A stretch of DNA of 64,000 nt from Vicugna vicugna (taxonomy: Eukaryota): NCBI GenBank assembly GCA_013265495.1, contig MU058365.1, forward strand, positions 310,001 to 374,000, in the 5' to 3' direction. The notes beneath the pieces were generated by a model. That model saw only the letters and a list, made by a program, of their open reading frames with translations, did not search any database and was not told the DNA's origin. Each line of letters opens with the position of its first letter. The first letter of the stretch is position 1. Both the position numbers and the translations under genes were made by a program. This document shows, in pieces, positions 10,098 to 23,101 of the stretch.

Positions 10098-13003
10098 GTA
10101 AGGATAACTTTGATTATTTTTCACTTTCCATCTGTTTGAAATAACGCCTTTCTTCTTTTTGTTTCCCAAACCAAGTTCCATACAAGGCTTCAGCTGCTTA
10201 GCTTTCTGTTTGTTTCATCTTGTTAAGCCTACTACCTTATTGGCATTCTAAAACAAATTCTTATTTTACACTCGAGAAGAAACATGTAAATCCTGTATTT
10301 TATAAGATCAACTGCTTATTTTTAACTCCGGTATTGCACTGCCTTTTTGGTATTACACTAGAAATGTAATTCATTTTTAACTCTGGTATTACATTGCATT
10401 ACATAATAAGACCTTTCTTTGCAAATGATATGTTATAGATGCTACTTTTTTTATAGATGAAATATATGGGCTTGTATTTAATTGACTCAAGGATTGTACT
10501 TTCTGTCCTGTTTAGATTTGAAGTGAGCACTAAAGAGGTTGATTTTAATGATTAGTAGCACCCTGAAATTCTAGAATGCCCTTGAAGCATCTTTGATCAC
10601 TGGGTCACTTTTAAAATTCAGTCAAGCCTGAATGCTACGGCTGGCCTTCTACCACGTGTGGCACCCTATTGCCAAGCCCAAAATGGAGAGGACTGGATTA
10701 CAAAATGGACACAAGGTGTAAACTTGCCTCCTGATCACTTTGGTCTTGTCTACACATAATGTTAAGATTTTCAAAAATTTTAAATTTAACGTCTGTTTTT
10801 TATTGACTCGCAAAGTTTTTCAGACATAGTTACTTAGGCTTTCCGATTGTGAATTTTGCCTACAACTCATTCATAGCCTACTCTTTATGTGCTGAATTTT
10901 TATGAACTGACTGAGGCCATAGCATTTTCACAGATGCAGCTGCTCATTCCCCATGGTGCAGGCAGACCCTAGAGGGCTCTCTGCCTTTCTAATGTGACAT
11001 TCTCGTGTTTTATTCCATAAAATTATGTTGCTTATTGATTAAAATTCATTTTATAAAAGGCCACTTCTTGCTGTAGCTCTTGGACACAGGTTAAAATGTT
11101 AAATGTAATTCATCTCAGCATCCAAGCCCAGATTTTTATTTTGTGACGTGAGGAGAGCCAGAATATGGTTGTCAATTTAAACGTTTGTCCACTCAGGAAA
11201 AAGATAAGAAAACTTAACAAATGATAGAACTCTCTTTTCCAAATGTGAATTTTTACGTATACGACCTGGTGAGTGGGTCTTCGTGCTCGCTTCTTAGGCA
11301 ATATTTTGAAGCTGGGATGAGTGAAGTGGAGGAAGAATTGGGTGAAAAGGAAAGCTTTGGTATTTAGAAAATAAACAGGTGAAAAGAATGTATCTAGAAA
11401 AAAATAGCATGAGAATTTTTGGATAAAAAAGTTCACTTAATTTGAACTTTAGGACAGAATTAGGTATATTTAAAAGTTGAAACCATAGGTCATTTTGTAT
11501 ACAACGATGGGAAGGAAAACTTCCTTCCTCGCCTTACCTAGTTAATACCCTGAAGCATGAGGTATATGCTCCGTTTTGATTTTTCGCCCTAAGTAATTTT
11601 ACTGTAGAACCATATTTCGGTATCTCTGAGGTCTTTGGGAGTCATACTAAGCTTTGTGCCTTATTAATGTCCTGTGGCAGCATGTCCAATGGGTTAATTA
11701 TATGCCACATAAAATCGCGTCCTTTTTTATTTTAAATTTGTTGTTGTCTAGTATCATAAAGCTCTACATAAAGGAAAAGATGCATAAGAGGTACTAGCTG
11801 GCTTTCTCTTTGCCGTTCATTACCTTGTCAGTCTTCATCACATCTTCTCTCATTTTGCCCTTTTTCTCACTCTGGTAAGTGTTGCTTAATTCTTCTTCTT
11901 CTTTTTTTAACTATTAACTTTGAGTCTGTCAGTATACTTCAAGTATTGATTCTTTACTTTGTGAAGGGGGAATTTCACTGTATTGTTTAGCAAGGCCTTT
12001 CAAGCTTTCCTGAAGAGACTTTGCAGCATTGGCAGTTTTCAGGCTTTCTTCACCTTTTCTGTTCATACAGGCTTCTTCTAGGCCATTAATAAATTTGTAC
12101 ACTATCCTAGTATTAATCTCTGGAGATTTTCAGTATTGATCCTAGTTTATTGTCTATTAATCAAATTTTAATCCACAATTTTATTGTCTACTAATCAATT
12201 TCTTAATAACCTCTTACGGGAGTCTTTATTAAAAAAAAAACTTTTGGATGATATCCATCAGTTCTTCTTTATCCACTATTTGATTAACTCTTTCAAAGAA
12301 GTCTAGAGTGTTAGGGACACATGGTTTTCACTTCTGGAATCAGTGCTGTTTGTTCCTTATCAGATTACACTGCAACTCAGGCTTACTCAACTGTGGTTAA
12401 CCAAGCCTTCCCCTGAGCTGAAGTTCTGTTTAAATGTCCTAGAGCTGTGCTTTGTTACACGTTAGCTTTCTTGGTGGATAGCTGTACCCTGGTGTCACAG
12501 GTGTAAAGGCAACCTTCTCTTTTGGCTTTGAGGAGTTTTGGATAATTCTACGTATCCGTCTACCTATGAATTATTCTAGCTGCAAGTTTGATCATCTTCA
12601 AAGATGCAGTCAGGTCTTTGTAAAATTGGGCATGCTGTACATTGGGAAATGTAGTTTTGAGAACAGCGATTTAAAAAATAATAATAATAACCTTGTTATA
12701 GTTTCTGGAATTTCCAGAGAGTTTCAGAAAATCTGACATTTCTTTACATTTTGCTCATTTATTTCAGTATTTATGTACTTATGTACATTTTCATAAGGAC
12801 TAAATTCACTAGGTTTTCCTTTGTATTACGATTTTAATTTTCCTTAGGCAAAGAGAGACATCCTTTGACAATGTGCCCCAAATTTGTTTCACAGTAAGAC
12901 AGACCATGGAACTGTCTCAAAAATAGTTTTGCTTGTCTCAACTTCATCTGATAGCTGTATGTACAAGGCCAAGGCTTGATGAATTTTTGTCCTGATTCTT
13001 TTT

Positions 13004-13177
13004 TTTTTTAATTGAAGTATAGTCAGTTTGCAGTGTGTCAATTTCTGGTGTACAGCATAATGTTTCGGTCATATATACACATACATATATTCATTTTCAT
13101 ATTCTTTTTCATTATAGGTCACTACAAGATACTGAACATAGTTCCCTGTGCTCTACAGTGTAAACTTGTTGTTTATC
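13004..13177 (-). mobile_element. Young L1 3' end with perfect 17-bp TSD
   Basis: Poly-T then 'aattgaagtatagtcagtttgcagtgtgtcaatttctggtgtacagcat...gttccctgtgctctacagt'. TSD TTGTCCTGATTCTTTTT at 12987-13003 and 13178-13194. Confidence 0.85.
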
Positions 13178-13669
13178 TTGTCCTGATTCTTTTTCCTCGC
13201 TATTTGTGCTTAGATTCCTCTTTACCAACAGTTATACCCATTTTACAAGATATATTCAGAGTCTTAAATTATAATACTCTTTTTAAAGTACTAGAAGAAA
13301 GTCAAAATAGAAGAGGAAATGTTGCCTTTGCTGTATTCCTTTCATTTTTCAAGTCTTCTCTTTTCCATTTCAAAACTCCCTGTCGTGGCCCTAACCAAAT
13401 TACATTGCTTTCCTTCTTATTTTGACCAAAAGCTGCTTCTTTGCATGACCATATCATTTCAAATCCCTGTGCGGGTTTACCATTGTCTTCCAAGTGTCTG
13501 CTTCTGAGGCTTCCCCTGCATTTGCCAAAATCCTGCCTCTCCCTCGCCTCTGATTTCCTTCTGCTTTTTAAATCTTTGTTTTCCATTTGACTTCTATATT
13601 TAGGGTCACCTTCCACCACTATTCTGCCTCGGTATTTCATACCTAACTAGCCATCAAAAAATCCATGTC

Positions 13670-13852
13670 CACAAAATTTTTTTTGTAACTGTGAGTAGTG
13701 ATGGATGTTAACTAAGCTTATTGTGGTGATCATTTCACAATATATACGTATATCAAACCATGTTGTGCACCTAAAACCAATACAGTGTTATATGTCAATT
13801 ATATCTCAATTAAAAAAAAAAAAGAGATGGAGAAAGTGAGAAGCCAAAAAAA
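13670..13852 (+). mobile_element. L1 3' end (L1MA9/artiodactyl-type) with two poly(A) tracts and 14-bp TSD
   Basis: 'gatggatgttaactaagcttattgtggtgatcatttcacaatatatac...tatatgtcaattatatctcaat' + A12. TSD AAAAAATCCATGTC at 13656-13669 and 13853-13866. Confidence 0.85.
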
Positions 13853-14624
13853 AAAAAATCCATGTCAAGGAAACTTTCTGGATCTCCTAACTACTTAGCA
13901 GTGACTGATAAAGAAGACTAAAATGATAGTGATTATACTATTATTCTTACTGTTTTGGTTGTTCATTTGAATATATTCTTTTTCTCCTGGTTTACACCGT
14001 TGTGGAAGCAAAATGTGCTGGAGCTTACGCATTGTCCCGTTGTCCAGTTTTCTAGTTTGTTTACCTCTTATCAACGTTTGTTTACTTTCTTTCTAATTAA
14101 TATTGTTGCTACCACTTCTAAAAGTGATTGCAGTCCTATTTTCTTTCTCAATTCTTGTTCCTTATTAATAAACATTACTGAGAGGGACAACACAAAATTC
14201 ATCTTCTCAAAGCAAAGAGGATCCTAGTGGGGCACAGCAGAGGTCACTGATTCTTTAAATCACACTCTTCCTGCTCAGCTGGTTGTCCTGGATTTTCTGA
14301 GACTCCAGGTTAAAGTTATGATCAAGATTAGAATGTACTGCCCTGAGGCTTCAGACCTACAATGGGAGCCGTGGTGGTTTAGCGCTTGCTCAGTAGCAGT
14401 GAACACCTCCTGGACAGATTCCCCTTTGCACGATGTCTCTGCTTGCCCCTTCATTTACCCATTAGTCAACACGTAGTTATCCCATCTTTGCATTTTTACT
14501 TTGTTTGTAGTCAGGGCCTGAAGTGAATTGTTTGGGGAGGAAGAGAAAACTTTAAAGTTTTGGCCAGAGCCAGAGAGATGGTGCTATATAGCAAACTAGA
14601 GGTGACAAAGTGACTAAACTGTGA

Positions 14625-14740
14625 CTAAGGGAGTTGACTTTTAGCTCTGATTCTAACACTAAGTAGTTGGGTGATTTGGGATAAAATAGTGTTTTTACTT
14701 TTCTGGGCTTTAGATTCCCCATCTATAAAATTGAACTTGT
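14625..14740 (+). mobile_element. MIR fragment
   Basis: 'tagctctgattctaacactaagtagttgggtgatttggg...tctgggctttagattccccatctataaaat' MIR core. Confidence 0.6.
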
Positions 14741-14837
14741 GCTATGCAGTTCACATGTGTTAGCTCATCAAGCCCCCATAGTACCTTCCTGAGAGAAATA
14801 CGGAACTTTTTTTTTAAGATTAGGGTAGATTAAAAAA

Positions 14838-15170
14838 ATTTTTTTTAATTTAAGTATAGCTGATGTACAATACTATATAAGTTAAAGGTGTACAATATAG
14901 TGATTCACAATTTTTAAAGGTTATACCCCATTTATAGTTATTATAAAATATTGGCTATATTTCCCACATTGTTCAATACATCCTTGTAGCTTATTTTATA
15001 CCTGATAGCTTGTACCTCTTAATCCTGCACCTCCATCTAGCCCCTCCCTCTTCCCTCTCCCCACTGGTAACCACTAGTTTATTCTGTTTCTGTGAGTCTG
15101 CTTCTGTTTTGTTATATTCACTAGTTTGTTGTATTTTTTAGTTTCCACATATAAATATACAGTAGAAATA
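14838..15170 (-). mobile_element. L1 3' UTR fragment (artiodactyl-type)
   Basis: 'tttttaatttaagtatagctgatgtacaatactatataagtt...tctccccactggtaaccactagttt...tgtgagtctgcttctgttttgttatattc'. Confidence 0.8.
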
Positions 15171-15179
15171 CAGTGCTTT

Positions 15180-15320
15180 TATTTTCACATATGATAGGTG
15201 AGCAAACTGAGGCTCAAAGTGAGGCTCAAAGCTACTTGCCAAGATCATGTAGTTAATATGTGACATGGCTGGAACTTGAACCCTAGAGTTCATGCTTTTC
15301 CAGCTCTGAAATTCTGTACA
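15180..15320 (-). mobile_element. MIR fragment with internal 12-bp tandem duplication
   Basis: 'aaactgaggctc...acttgccaagatcatgtagttaat...ggctggaacttgaaccc'; TGAGGCTCAAAG x2 at 15208-15231. Confidence 0.7.
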
Positions 15321-16924
15321 TCTAAGAATGCCACAGATGAACAAAACATTGATGTAGGCTTTGTATAAGCGATGAACTTATTTCCAGAATAGAGAGGAAG
15401 TAAAATGAGGCTTGTTCTCTGAAATTGATCCAAAGTGTACAATAACCTGCTAACTTATGATAATCTCTGTATTTCTTCTGTTTCTCTTATTTGTGTTTCA
15501 TTTACAAAGATATTTGTCGATCAGAAGGTTCATTTACTCAGTATCTCCCTTTTAGTGTAACAACTTTCATTACCTTTCTCTTCATTTGGCAACAGTCTGG
15601 TGAGTTATCTAATAGAGGAAACTGAAATAATAAGCTTTGAAACAGCTTGCATCTAACTGTCATTGCTCAAGTTAGAGTTCCTTGGAAACAGATTTCAAAG
15701 ATTTTGTGATTTTGCTTTGAGGCCAGCCTTTGAAAGAGGTATAAATATTCAAGGTACAGTCAAGTCTCAGTTACTTATGTTAATGGGGGTGCAGAATATT
15801 CAGTTAACTTATAATTGGCTTTGGAATGCCGTCAGCAGCACACATCAGATGTAAATCCTCTGTGCACACAAGCAGTCTTAGGTGCTTGCCTCCGCCGATC
15901 CCTTCTTGACTTGGCTTTGTTGCTAGGAGCGTGGCATCCAGAAGAGAGAAGGAAGCTGCAGGCTATTTTTTAACGATAACTTTTCAAGTTAAGAAGATCT
16001 CTCTTTTATATAAAAGCACCCATCAGTCAGATTTGTGTACATAATAGCTCCATACTTCATGTGGAAATCCAGCAAAAATGTTGTAAGTTCAGATTCGTAA
16101 GTCCCTGTAGTTAATAGGAGGTAATGAATGAGCCGGGCCCTTGGTTATCGCCCCTGTTGGGCTATTTAGTGTCCTTTTTAGCTGATTTGAGGGGTAGGCA
16201 TTTCCTTGGTTTTTGTAGTAAACTGTGTGGGTGTGTTGTAATTTTCTTTATCTAAAAATTAGCCATAGTTAACTTTTTATAAAGTTTAAAACATGTCTCT
16301 GGGGCTCATGATTTTGTTTGTTTTTGTTTTGAATAAAAAACCTTTGCATTTTATTCACTGGACAGTGTTTATTGGAACCTTTTTGTACTCCCCTCCTCCC
16401 TTACTCCGTTCAAATTACTAAATATAGTAGAGGAAAAAAGATGTTATAAATGAGCAACGTACTGTTATAAATGTTCTGTCAGGAACCAGAATTGGTAGCA
16501 GGGTATTTACTGTCAGAGGTGTGTGATGACGACGTTGCGCTGAATTTATGTAGTAATTTTCTTCCAAGAAGCTTAAAATGATTCGCAAATACTTGCAAGC
16601 TAAATAAGAACAGGTGATACTTAGTCCGTTTTGTAGAAAAGGAAACTTAATGGGAGAGGAAGCAAGTTAATTATCTTAGAACAAAGTTGCACAGAGATGG
16701 ACCCAACTTACTTTGCAGGAGATAAGATAAGTAACCCAACTTTTAAGTTACCCAAGGATGTGGATTTCTCAGGGAAATCCTAAAAAGCTGAAATGTTGTC
16801 AATGGCTCAGGTGTCCTCTATTTGGACCTATGTCGCTCAGTGTGATAATTCAATCAAAAACTATTGGTGAAGAGGTTTGCCAGCTTTATGTCTCAGAAAG
16901 CCCCATAAGCTAACACTCTGACCT

Positions 16925-17450
16925 GTGTTCATTGTTCTCTTGAGAACTGTTATTAGAGTCCAAGCCAGAGTCTTTACAATGACCTGTGAGGCCCTGCAGC
17001 ATCTGGCCTGGCAGCCACACCTCTCACCTCCTCCCCTCTGCTCTAGTCACTCTGACCTCCTTGTCCCTCAGTTAAGCCAGGTCTACCCCCACCTCAGGGC
17101 CTTCCCTCTTACTAGTCCCGCTTACACACCAGGTATCTTCTTCTCTTAGTCTCTCAAATGTCAGCCCCAGGTGTCACGTACACCTTCTCAAAGAGGCCCT
17201 CCCAGACCATGTATTCTGAAGGACTCTGCCTGTGCCCCCCGGGGCTCATATTCTCCTTCCCTGATTTTTTTTTTTTAATAAACTTATTGCCATGCGACGT
17301 ACTTCTGTAACGGTCTGTCTCCCCTCAGCAGGATGTGAGCTCTGTGAAAGGAGGGGTTTTTGTGTCTCTTTATGTTGGGGAATAGGGCCTTAGTATACTT
17401 GGTAGTGCCTTGCACATAGTAAGTACTCAATAAATATTAATGGAATGAGT
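16925..17450 (+). mobile_element. L2 (L2a-type) 3' end
   Basis: 'agtccaagccagagtctttacaatgacctgtgaggccctgc...gtgccttgcacatagtaagtactcaataaatattaatggaatgagt'. Confidence 0.8.
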
Positions 17451-17897
17451 ATGAGGAACATTATGGTGGTGCTGAGTAACTGACAGGTTGGAGCTCACTC
17501 TAGGATGAAACATTTATCTCATCACATTTGCAGGTAGACTCTGAAGTCAGTTTCGAGTGCTTTGGGTTTGCTATGGCATGCTGTGGTCCTTTATTTCTCT
17601 GACTTACTAGCAGCATAGTGTCTCCTTAATTGTCATTTTCAAATTGTAAACATGACTATAATCAGTATGCTTGAGGTACTCCTTTACATAGTATTTATTT
17701 AGTTTAATAACTAGCCCAACCCCTGCTCTTTAGGAAATTCTGATTTTCCAAGACAAATTTATTAGGGTACTGATTTTAAACCTGTAATTATAAGATATTA
17801 CCAGAGGACCTCATCTTTTCAGCCCTTAAGTTTGTGATTCCCAATCCTGGTTTTGAGATACCCTAACACGGTGGGTTTTAATCTTTTTTCCTTTCTT

Positions 17898-17899
<2 letters not shown>

Positions 17900-17932
<33 letters not shown>
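17900..17932. repeat. Poly(T) tract, 33 nt
   Basis: Read directly. Confidence 0.9.
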
Positions 17933-17935
<3 letters not shown>

Positions 17936-20724
17936 TGCCCAGAATGTGATGAAAGTTATTGACTATATATTCTTAACATACAATTCTGCAAAAAAAAAAA
18001 ATCACAGCGAGTTAAAGAGTTTCTGAGACACATGTAGGAATTTAAGGAGTCCAGATTAAAAGCTGTTATCCTAGAATAATCCCAATTATTTCAAGAAATG
18101 AAACCAATTTCTCAAAAGTAATTTACCCTCTGTTTACTTAATTTAAAAAGTATTTGTATACATTACTAGAAGTCAAACAGACAATATTATGATGCAATTA
18201 TAAGAAGGTTGGCCTGGCCTAAGGTGACCTTAGGTATAAAAATCAGTATCTGACGAAGATCTGTGTATGTGTCGTAAAGGAATTGTGCTCTCCAAATATT
18301 AAGTGCAACTGCATTAATTCAAGAAATGCTTATAACCCTTCATCATGGTGGTTTCACTGAAAGGCCCATGAGAATAAAGGATGTTTCACTACTTTGTTTT
18401 GATATGAGTAGAACAGTTGTGGCTGTGTGTCCGTTTGGTTACTACTAAATGCAGAGAACAGGGACTGAAAAGCAAAGTAACTTTGGTTACTTTCTATCTG
18501 GCTCCTGTCCTCTGGGCTCCATTGCTTTTCCTGAGGGTAGGAGTCCTTGGATCCTTCAGTTTCTATTTGCTATAATGGAAAACTTTAAGTCTCTTAGAAA
18601 AAGGTTTACTGTTGCTGGCTTGTCTGTTTTTAAGTAACAGACAAGCTACTTTACATACTCTTATTTTTATCTGGGTTCTAAACATTACAGTTCATGGATA
18701 CATCTTATTTGATACTTTTTAATATATTAGAGTTTATGTTTAATTTACAAATTCAGCAACACCAAAATAATCAAAATGATTTAAATTGGGGTTTTTTTTT
18801 TAACTGTAAACACAGAGTCTCACATTTTTCCTGGAGATAGGAAATGAGATTATTTAGATATTCTCATCCCTGAATCTAAAGCAGTGGTAGTTGTCCAAGA
18901 TGGCAACATATCTATCTTCAAGACCCCTGTTTATTTTTTTCGAACTTGAGATTACTTCCATTATGATGGAAATCAACCATAGACTACAGTAATTTTCAAT
19001 GGCATAGTCAACTATCATGTACCTGTCAATTTTGTGCATGCTAACATATCAAAAGGGTACTATTGAGCGTATATATATATATATATATGATAAGTGAGAA
19101 ACACTGTTGCTATTGTTATTTCTGTAGTTAATTTGGATGAAGCTGAAGGCCTTATGTTTTATGCCTAAAAAATGATTATAGATTTCCATTCTTTTTTCCC
19201 TTAAACTATTTCCTACAGTCTTATGAATTATCCACTCTTAAGCGTAAATCTTTTATATGATGCAGGTTTCATGTGCTTTCATTTTTATATCTTCTCCTTA
19301 GAATCATATTGGTTATCTGACTTTAAAATTCTTGTGGCCAAGGTCTTTTTAATTTTGTGAAGGACTTTAGTGGCCTTTTATTAAAATTAATTCCTATTCA
19401 GTTTTCCATACCTGGGGTAAAATACAATTTTGGGTGGGAGGGCAGAGAGGCACCCTATTTCATTTGTAAAGTATAATCATCAAATTTCAAGCTAGAAAAA
19501 AACACCTAATCCAATCATTTCATTTTACAGATGAAAAAATAGACCCAGAGAGATTAGTGGTTTGCCAGAACTGCCAGTTTACCACCATATCTTACTGGCC
19601 AGCATTTTTAGCAAACTTTATTTGTTTATTTTAAACTTTTGGGAGTCATTGGAAGAAGATTAAAAAGCAGATGTTGGCAGAGATTTTCCCCTGAACATTC
19701 TATTAAGAAGATATTATAGAGTGCCATAGGGTCTGTTTCTTCTTTTGATTCCTACTCATCTGGAAGGCATACTTTAAAATAAGTGAACAAACAAAAAAAT
19801 ACCTTGCTGCAACTTAGCACTACTCTGTGTGGTACATACATCGTTTATTCTGCCATAGAATCACTGCACCCGGTGGCCTGTTGTTCTGGCTCGTCTCCTC
19901 AAAGCAGTGGAGGTCCTTTATGAAGTCTGGGCCAGGAACCTAAGCAAGATTGAGGGCTGCCCTGGATTCTCTCCATGCCTTATAATGTGCGTCTCCCACG
20001 GTGTACAGAAGGAACACTGTGGCAGGTCCCGTGGGAATACAAAGAACAGCACCCCAGCTCAGTTCAACTGAGGAGATGCAGCTCAAGCAGCGGACAGCAG
20101 TGTGTGATGAATGCCAAACAGGAGGTGCAGGCACAAATGCATTGGAGTGCCAATTTTCATTTTCTCAGGAGTCATTCAGATGACTGTGGTAATTTTGTCT
20201 CAGGGTCCTCTATGATTGAAGAAAAAACAAACAAAAAACATGAAATTTTAACCCAAGCAACTTCAAGTAGGTTAGAACTAGAGGACAGCTACAGCCCAAA
20301 CAGTCATGCCTTCTAATTTTCACTTGTATCAGTTAAGTACAGGTTATAATATTGCCTGTATAAATATTCCTGTATGTGTAATACTCATCACTAGTGTTTT
20401 CTTTCTTTCTTTCTTTCTTTTAGTCTCTCCTACTCACAAACTCATTCTCTCTGCCCACAACATTGGGTTCTAGACAGTGCACATCACCGTCACTGCTCTA
20501 ATGAGAAGCTAATTGTAGGGCTTGATCATTAGGTGGCATGCCCCTTCCCCTGCCGCCCCCCCCCAGTAGCATTTTCTTTAGAAGTCCAAATAACTGAACA
20601 TCATGGCTTTCTTTTCAAATTACAAAGCTGACTTTCTAAAATTTGTAAGTTCCTGTTAATTGTAGTAAACTTAAAACAGAAAATTTAGCTTTAAGCAAAA
20701 TTTAACACATTGGGAGTTCTGTTT

Positions 20725-21201
20725 CTTTTTTTCTTAATTGAAGTGTAGTTGATTTAGTGTTGTTAATTTCTGTGTACAGCATAGTGATTCATTTATACAT
20801 ACATATATTTATATATATATTCCTTTTCATACTCTTTTTCATCATAGACCAATTCAAACTATTGAATATAGTTCCCTGTGATATACAGTAGGACCTTATT
20901 GTTTATCTATTTTATATATAGTAGTTGTATCTACAAATCCCAAGCTCCCAATTTATCCTTCCCCACCTCATAACCATAAGTTTATTTTCTATGTCTGTAA
21001 GTCTGTCTTTATTTTGTAAATAAGTTCATTTGTGTCCTCCCCCAACCAACTTTTTTTTTTTCAATTCCACATATAAGTGATATCATACGGTATATTTCTT
21101 TCTCTTTCTGGCTTACTTCACTTAGCATGATGATCTCCAGGTCCATCCATGTTTCTGCAAATGGTATTATTTTATTCATTTTTATGGCTGAGTAGTATTC
21201 C

Positions 21202-21238
<37 letters not shown>

Positions 21239-21632
21239 CACAACTTCTTTATCTGTTCCACTGTCACTGGACATTTAGGTTGCCTCCATGACTATTATAA
21301 ATATTAGTGCTGCTATGAACATTGGAGTGCATGTATCCTTTTGAATTAGAGTTCCCTCCAGATATATGCCCAGGAGTGGGATTGCTAGATCATAGGGTAA
21401 GTCTATTTTCAGTTTTTTTAAGGAATTTCCATACTGTTTTCCATAGTGGATGCACCAAACTACATTCCACCAGCAGCGTAGGATGGATCCCTTTTCTCCA
21501 CACCCTCTCCAGCCATTTATCATTTGTGGACTTTTTAATGATGGCCATTCTGACTGGTGTAAGGTGATACCTCATTGTAGTTTTGATTTGCATTTCTCTG
21601 ATAATTAGCAATACTGAGCGTTTTTTCATGTG
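20725..21632 (-). mobile_element. L1 fragment: ORF2 C-terminal remnant plus 3' UTR
   Basis: Minus-strand ORFs give L1 ORF2p motifs (MQIKTTMRYHLTPVRMAII, PYDLAIPLLGIY, TCTPMFIAAL, MEYYSAIK..FAETWMDLE..MLSE) in different frames, so the copy is frameshifted and dead. Confidence 0.95.
21204..21236. repeat. (TG)16 microsatellite inside L1
   Basis: Read directly. Confidence 0.9.
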
Positions 21633-23064
21633 TGATAGTTCAATCTGAATTGATAATCTTACTGGTTTGGTTTTAATTCTTCACAAACTGCATGAAGGAA
21701 GAAAAAAATACTAAGACTATGTAGAAGGTAAAAAGTATTTGAATATCATCTCTATTCAGAAAATGTGTTTCAATACCAGGGTTTTTATTATTATTATTTT
21801 TATCATTGATGTTATCATTATTATCTCTTATTCCCATTTTCTAAAATGGGTTGGTTTTAGTATAATTTAAGGGATATAAAGACTGACTCAAGAAGAATAT
21901 ATGTGTCTGCTATGACAAAAACATTAGGTTGTTATCTGCTGTGAAGTTAGTAAACTGTATGGTATACATACAAAAAAACTTATATATTTTTATCATCATT
22001 AGAGATTATTTGAAATTTAGTTGTCTTCCTGTGGGTGTATGAAAAGGCCATGGGTGCCTTAGGACCATTTAAAAGGTAAAAGCAAGTCACTTAAACTTTC
22101 ATCTGTGGAGGTAGGGTTGGTGGGGTAACTAAGTAATCTTTAAGTTCTTTTCCAGCTCTAGACATTTAGAGTTTATGCTTATTTCAGAAACAGACTCATT
22201 ATGCTACAGGGACATGTAACTTGATTATTTATTTATTTTCCCTGAGATGAAATTTATTTGGTAAGTGGTACCAAAAAATCTGACCAGACTCCTTAAAGTC
22301 ACATAACAAGTGAGCAGCAAAACGAAGTACCAGACTCAGTTACACGCCTCGTCCTCTGGTCCTATACTCTTTACATATTAACACACAGACACACAGAGGA
22401 GTTTCCTCTGGAGTTTTATATTTTAAAATATCTGTAGTGGATTGAGGACCTTTATTCTATATCCTTCCTCCAGGCTGTCCCAGTGACCAAACTGGGACTG
22501 ACTTCAGTCACGAAGCTGCATCCAAGTGAATCTGAACCTGTGGAAAGACTTGAAAAAGCCAGAGGTGGCGTAGATCCATTAGTAGTCAAAGGAGGATGCT
22601 GAATCTCATCCTAAAGTAATTTGCAAAGTTGAATTATTAGAGATAAGCCGAATAATTACACGAGAAATAAAATTGGGGCTGAGGGTTAAACCTCTAGTAT
22701 GTATGGAAGCTTCTGGAGGCATCTGGGAGGAGTGGAAATGGGGCCATCTGATTAGTAACTGTGCCTTGTTATTAAACCGTGACTTTCTGCATTGTGTGTC
22801 CCCAGAGTTGGAAAACCTCCGCGGGCAAAAAAAAAAAAAAAAAAAGAGAAGGGCTGCCGCGCTGTTGCTGAGGGCCATACAGTAGACACAAAAGCGCCTT
22901 CTTAGAGGCGCTTGTACAGGCAGGCCCGTTCCTCTCAAAGACTGGGAATCAGATTCTTTCCCCAGGGGGTTTCCAACTAGTTTGCACTTCAGAAAAATCT
23001 TTTCTTTCTCCTGCTGTTCACGCCCTGCAAAGAATTTTCTTCCAACCAAAGAAATTGTTTTATA

Positions 23065-23101
23065 ATCAAAGATCCTTGTCCTTAGTTGTTGGACATCAAA
23101 G
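23065..23101. promoter_or_regulatory. Paired TCF/LEF motifs in intron 2
   Basis: ATCAAAG 23065-23071 and optimal ACATCAAAG 23093-23101. RNF43 is an established Wnt target with intronic TCF elements; function of this pair is not shown. Confidence 0.45.

Noticed and set aside
19940..20316. Overlapping ORFs in a GC-richer patch
   Set aside because: No recognisable protein or splice context; possibly an old repeat I cannot assign.
21009..21629. ORF2-like ORFs as an active L1
   Set aside because: Only ~0.9 kb, 5'-truncated, frameshifted and interrupted by a microsatellite.
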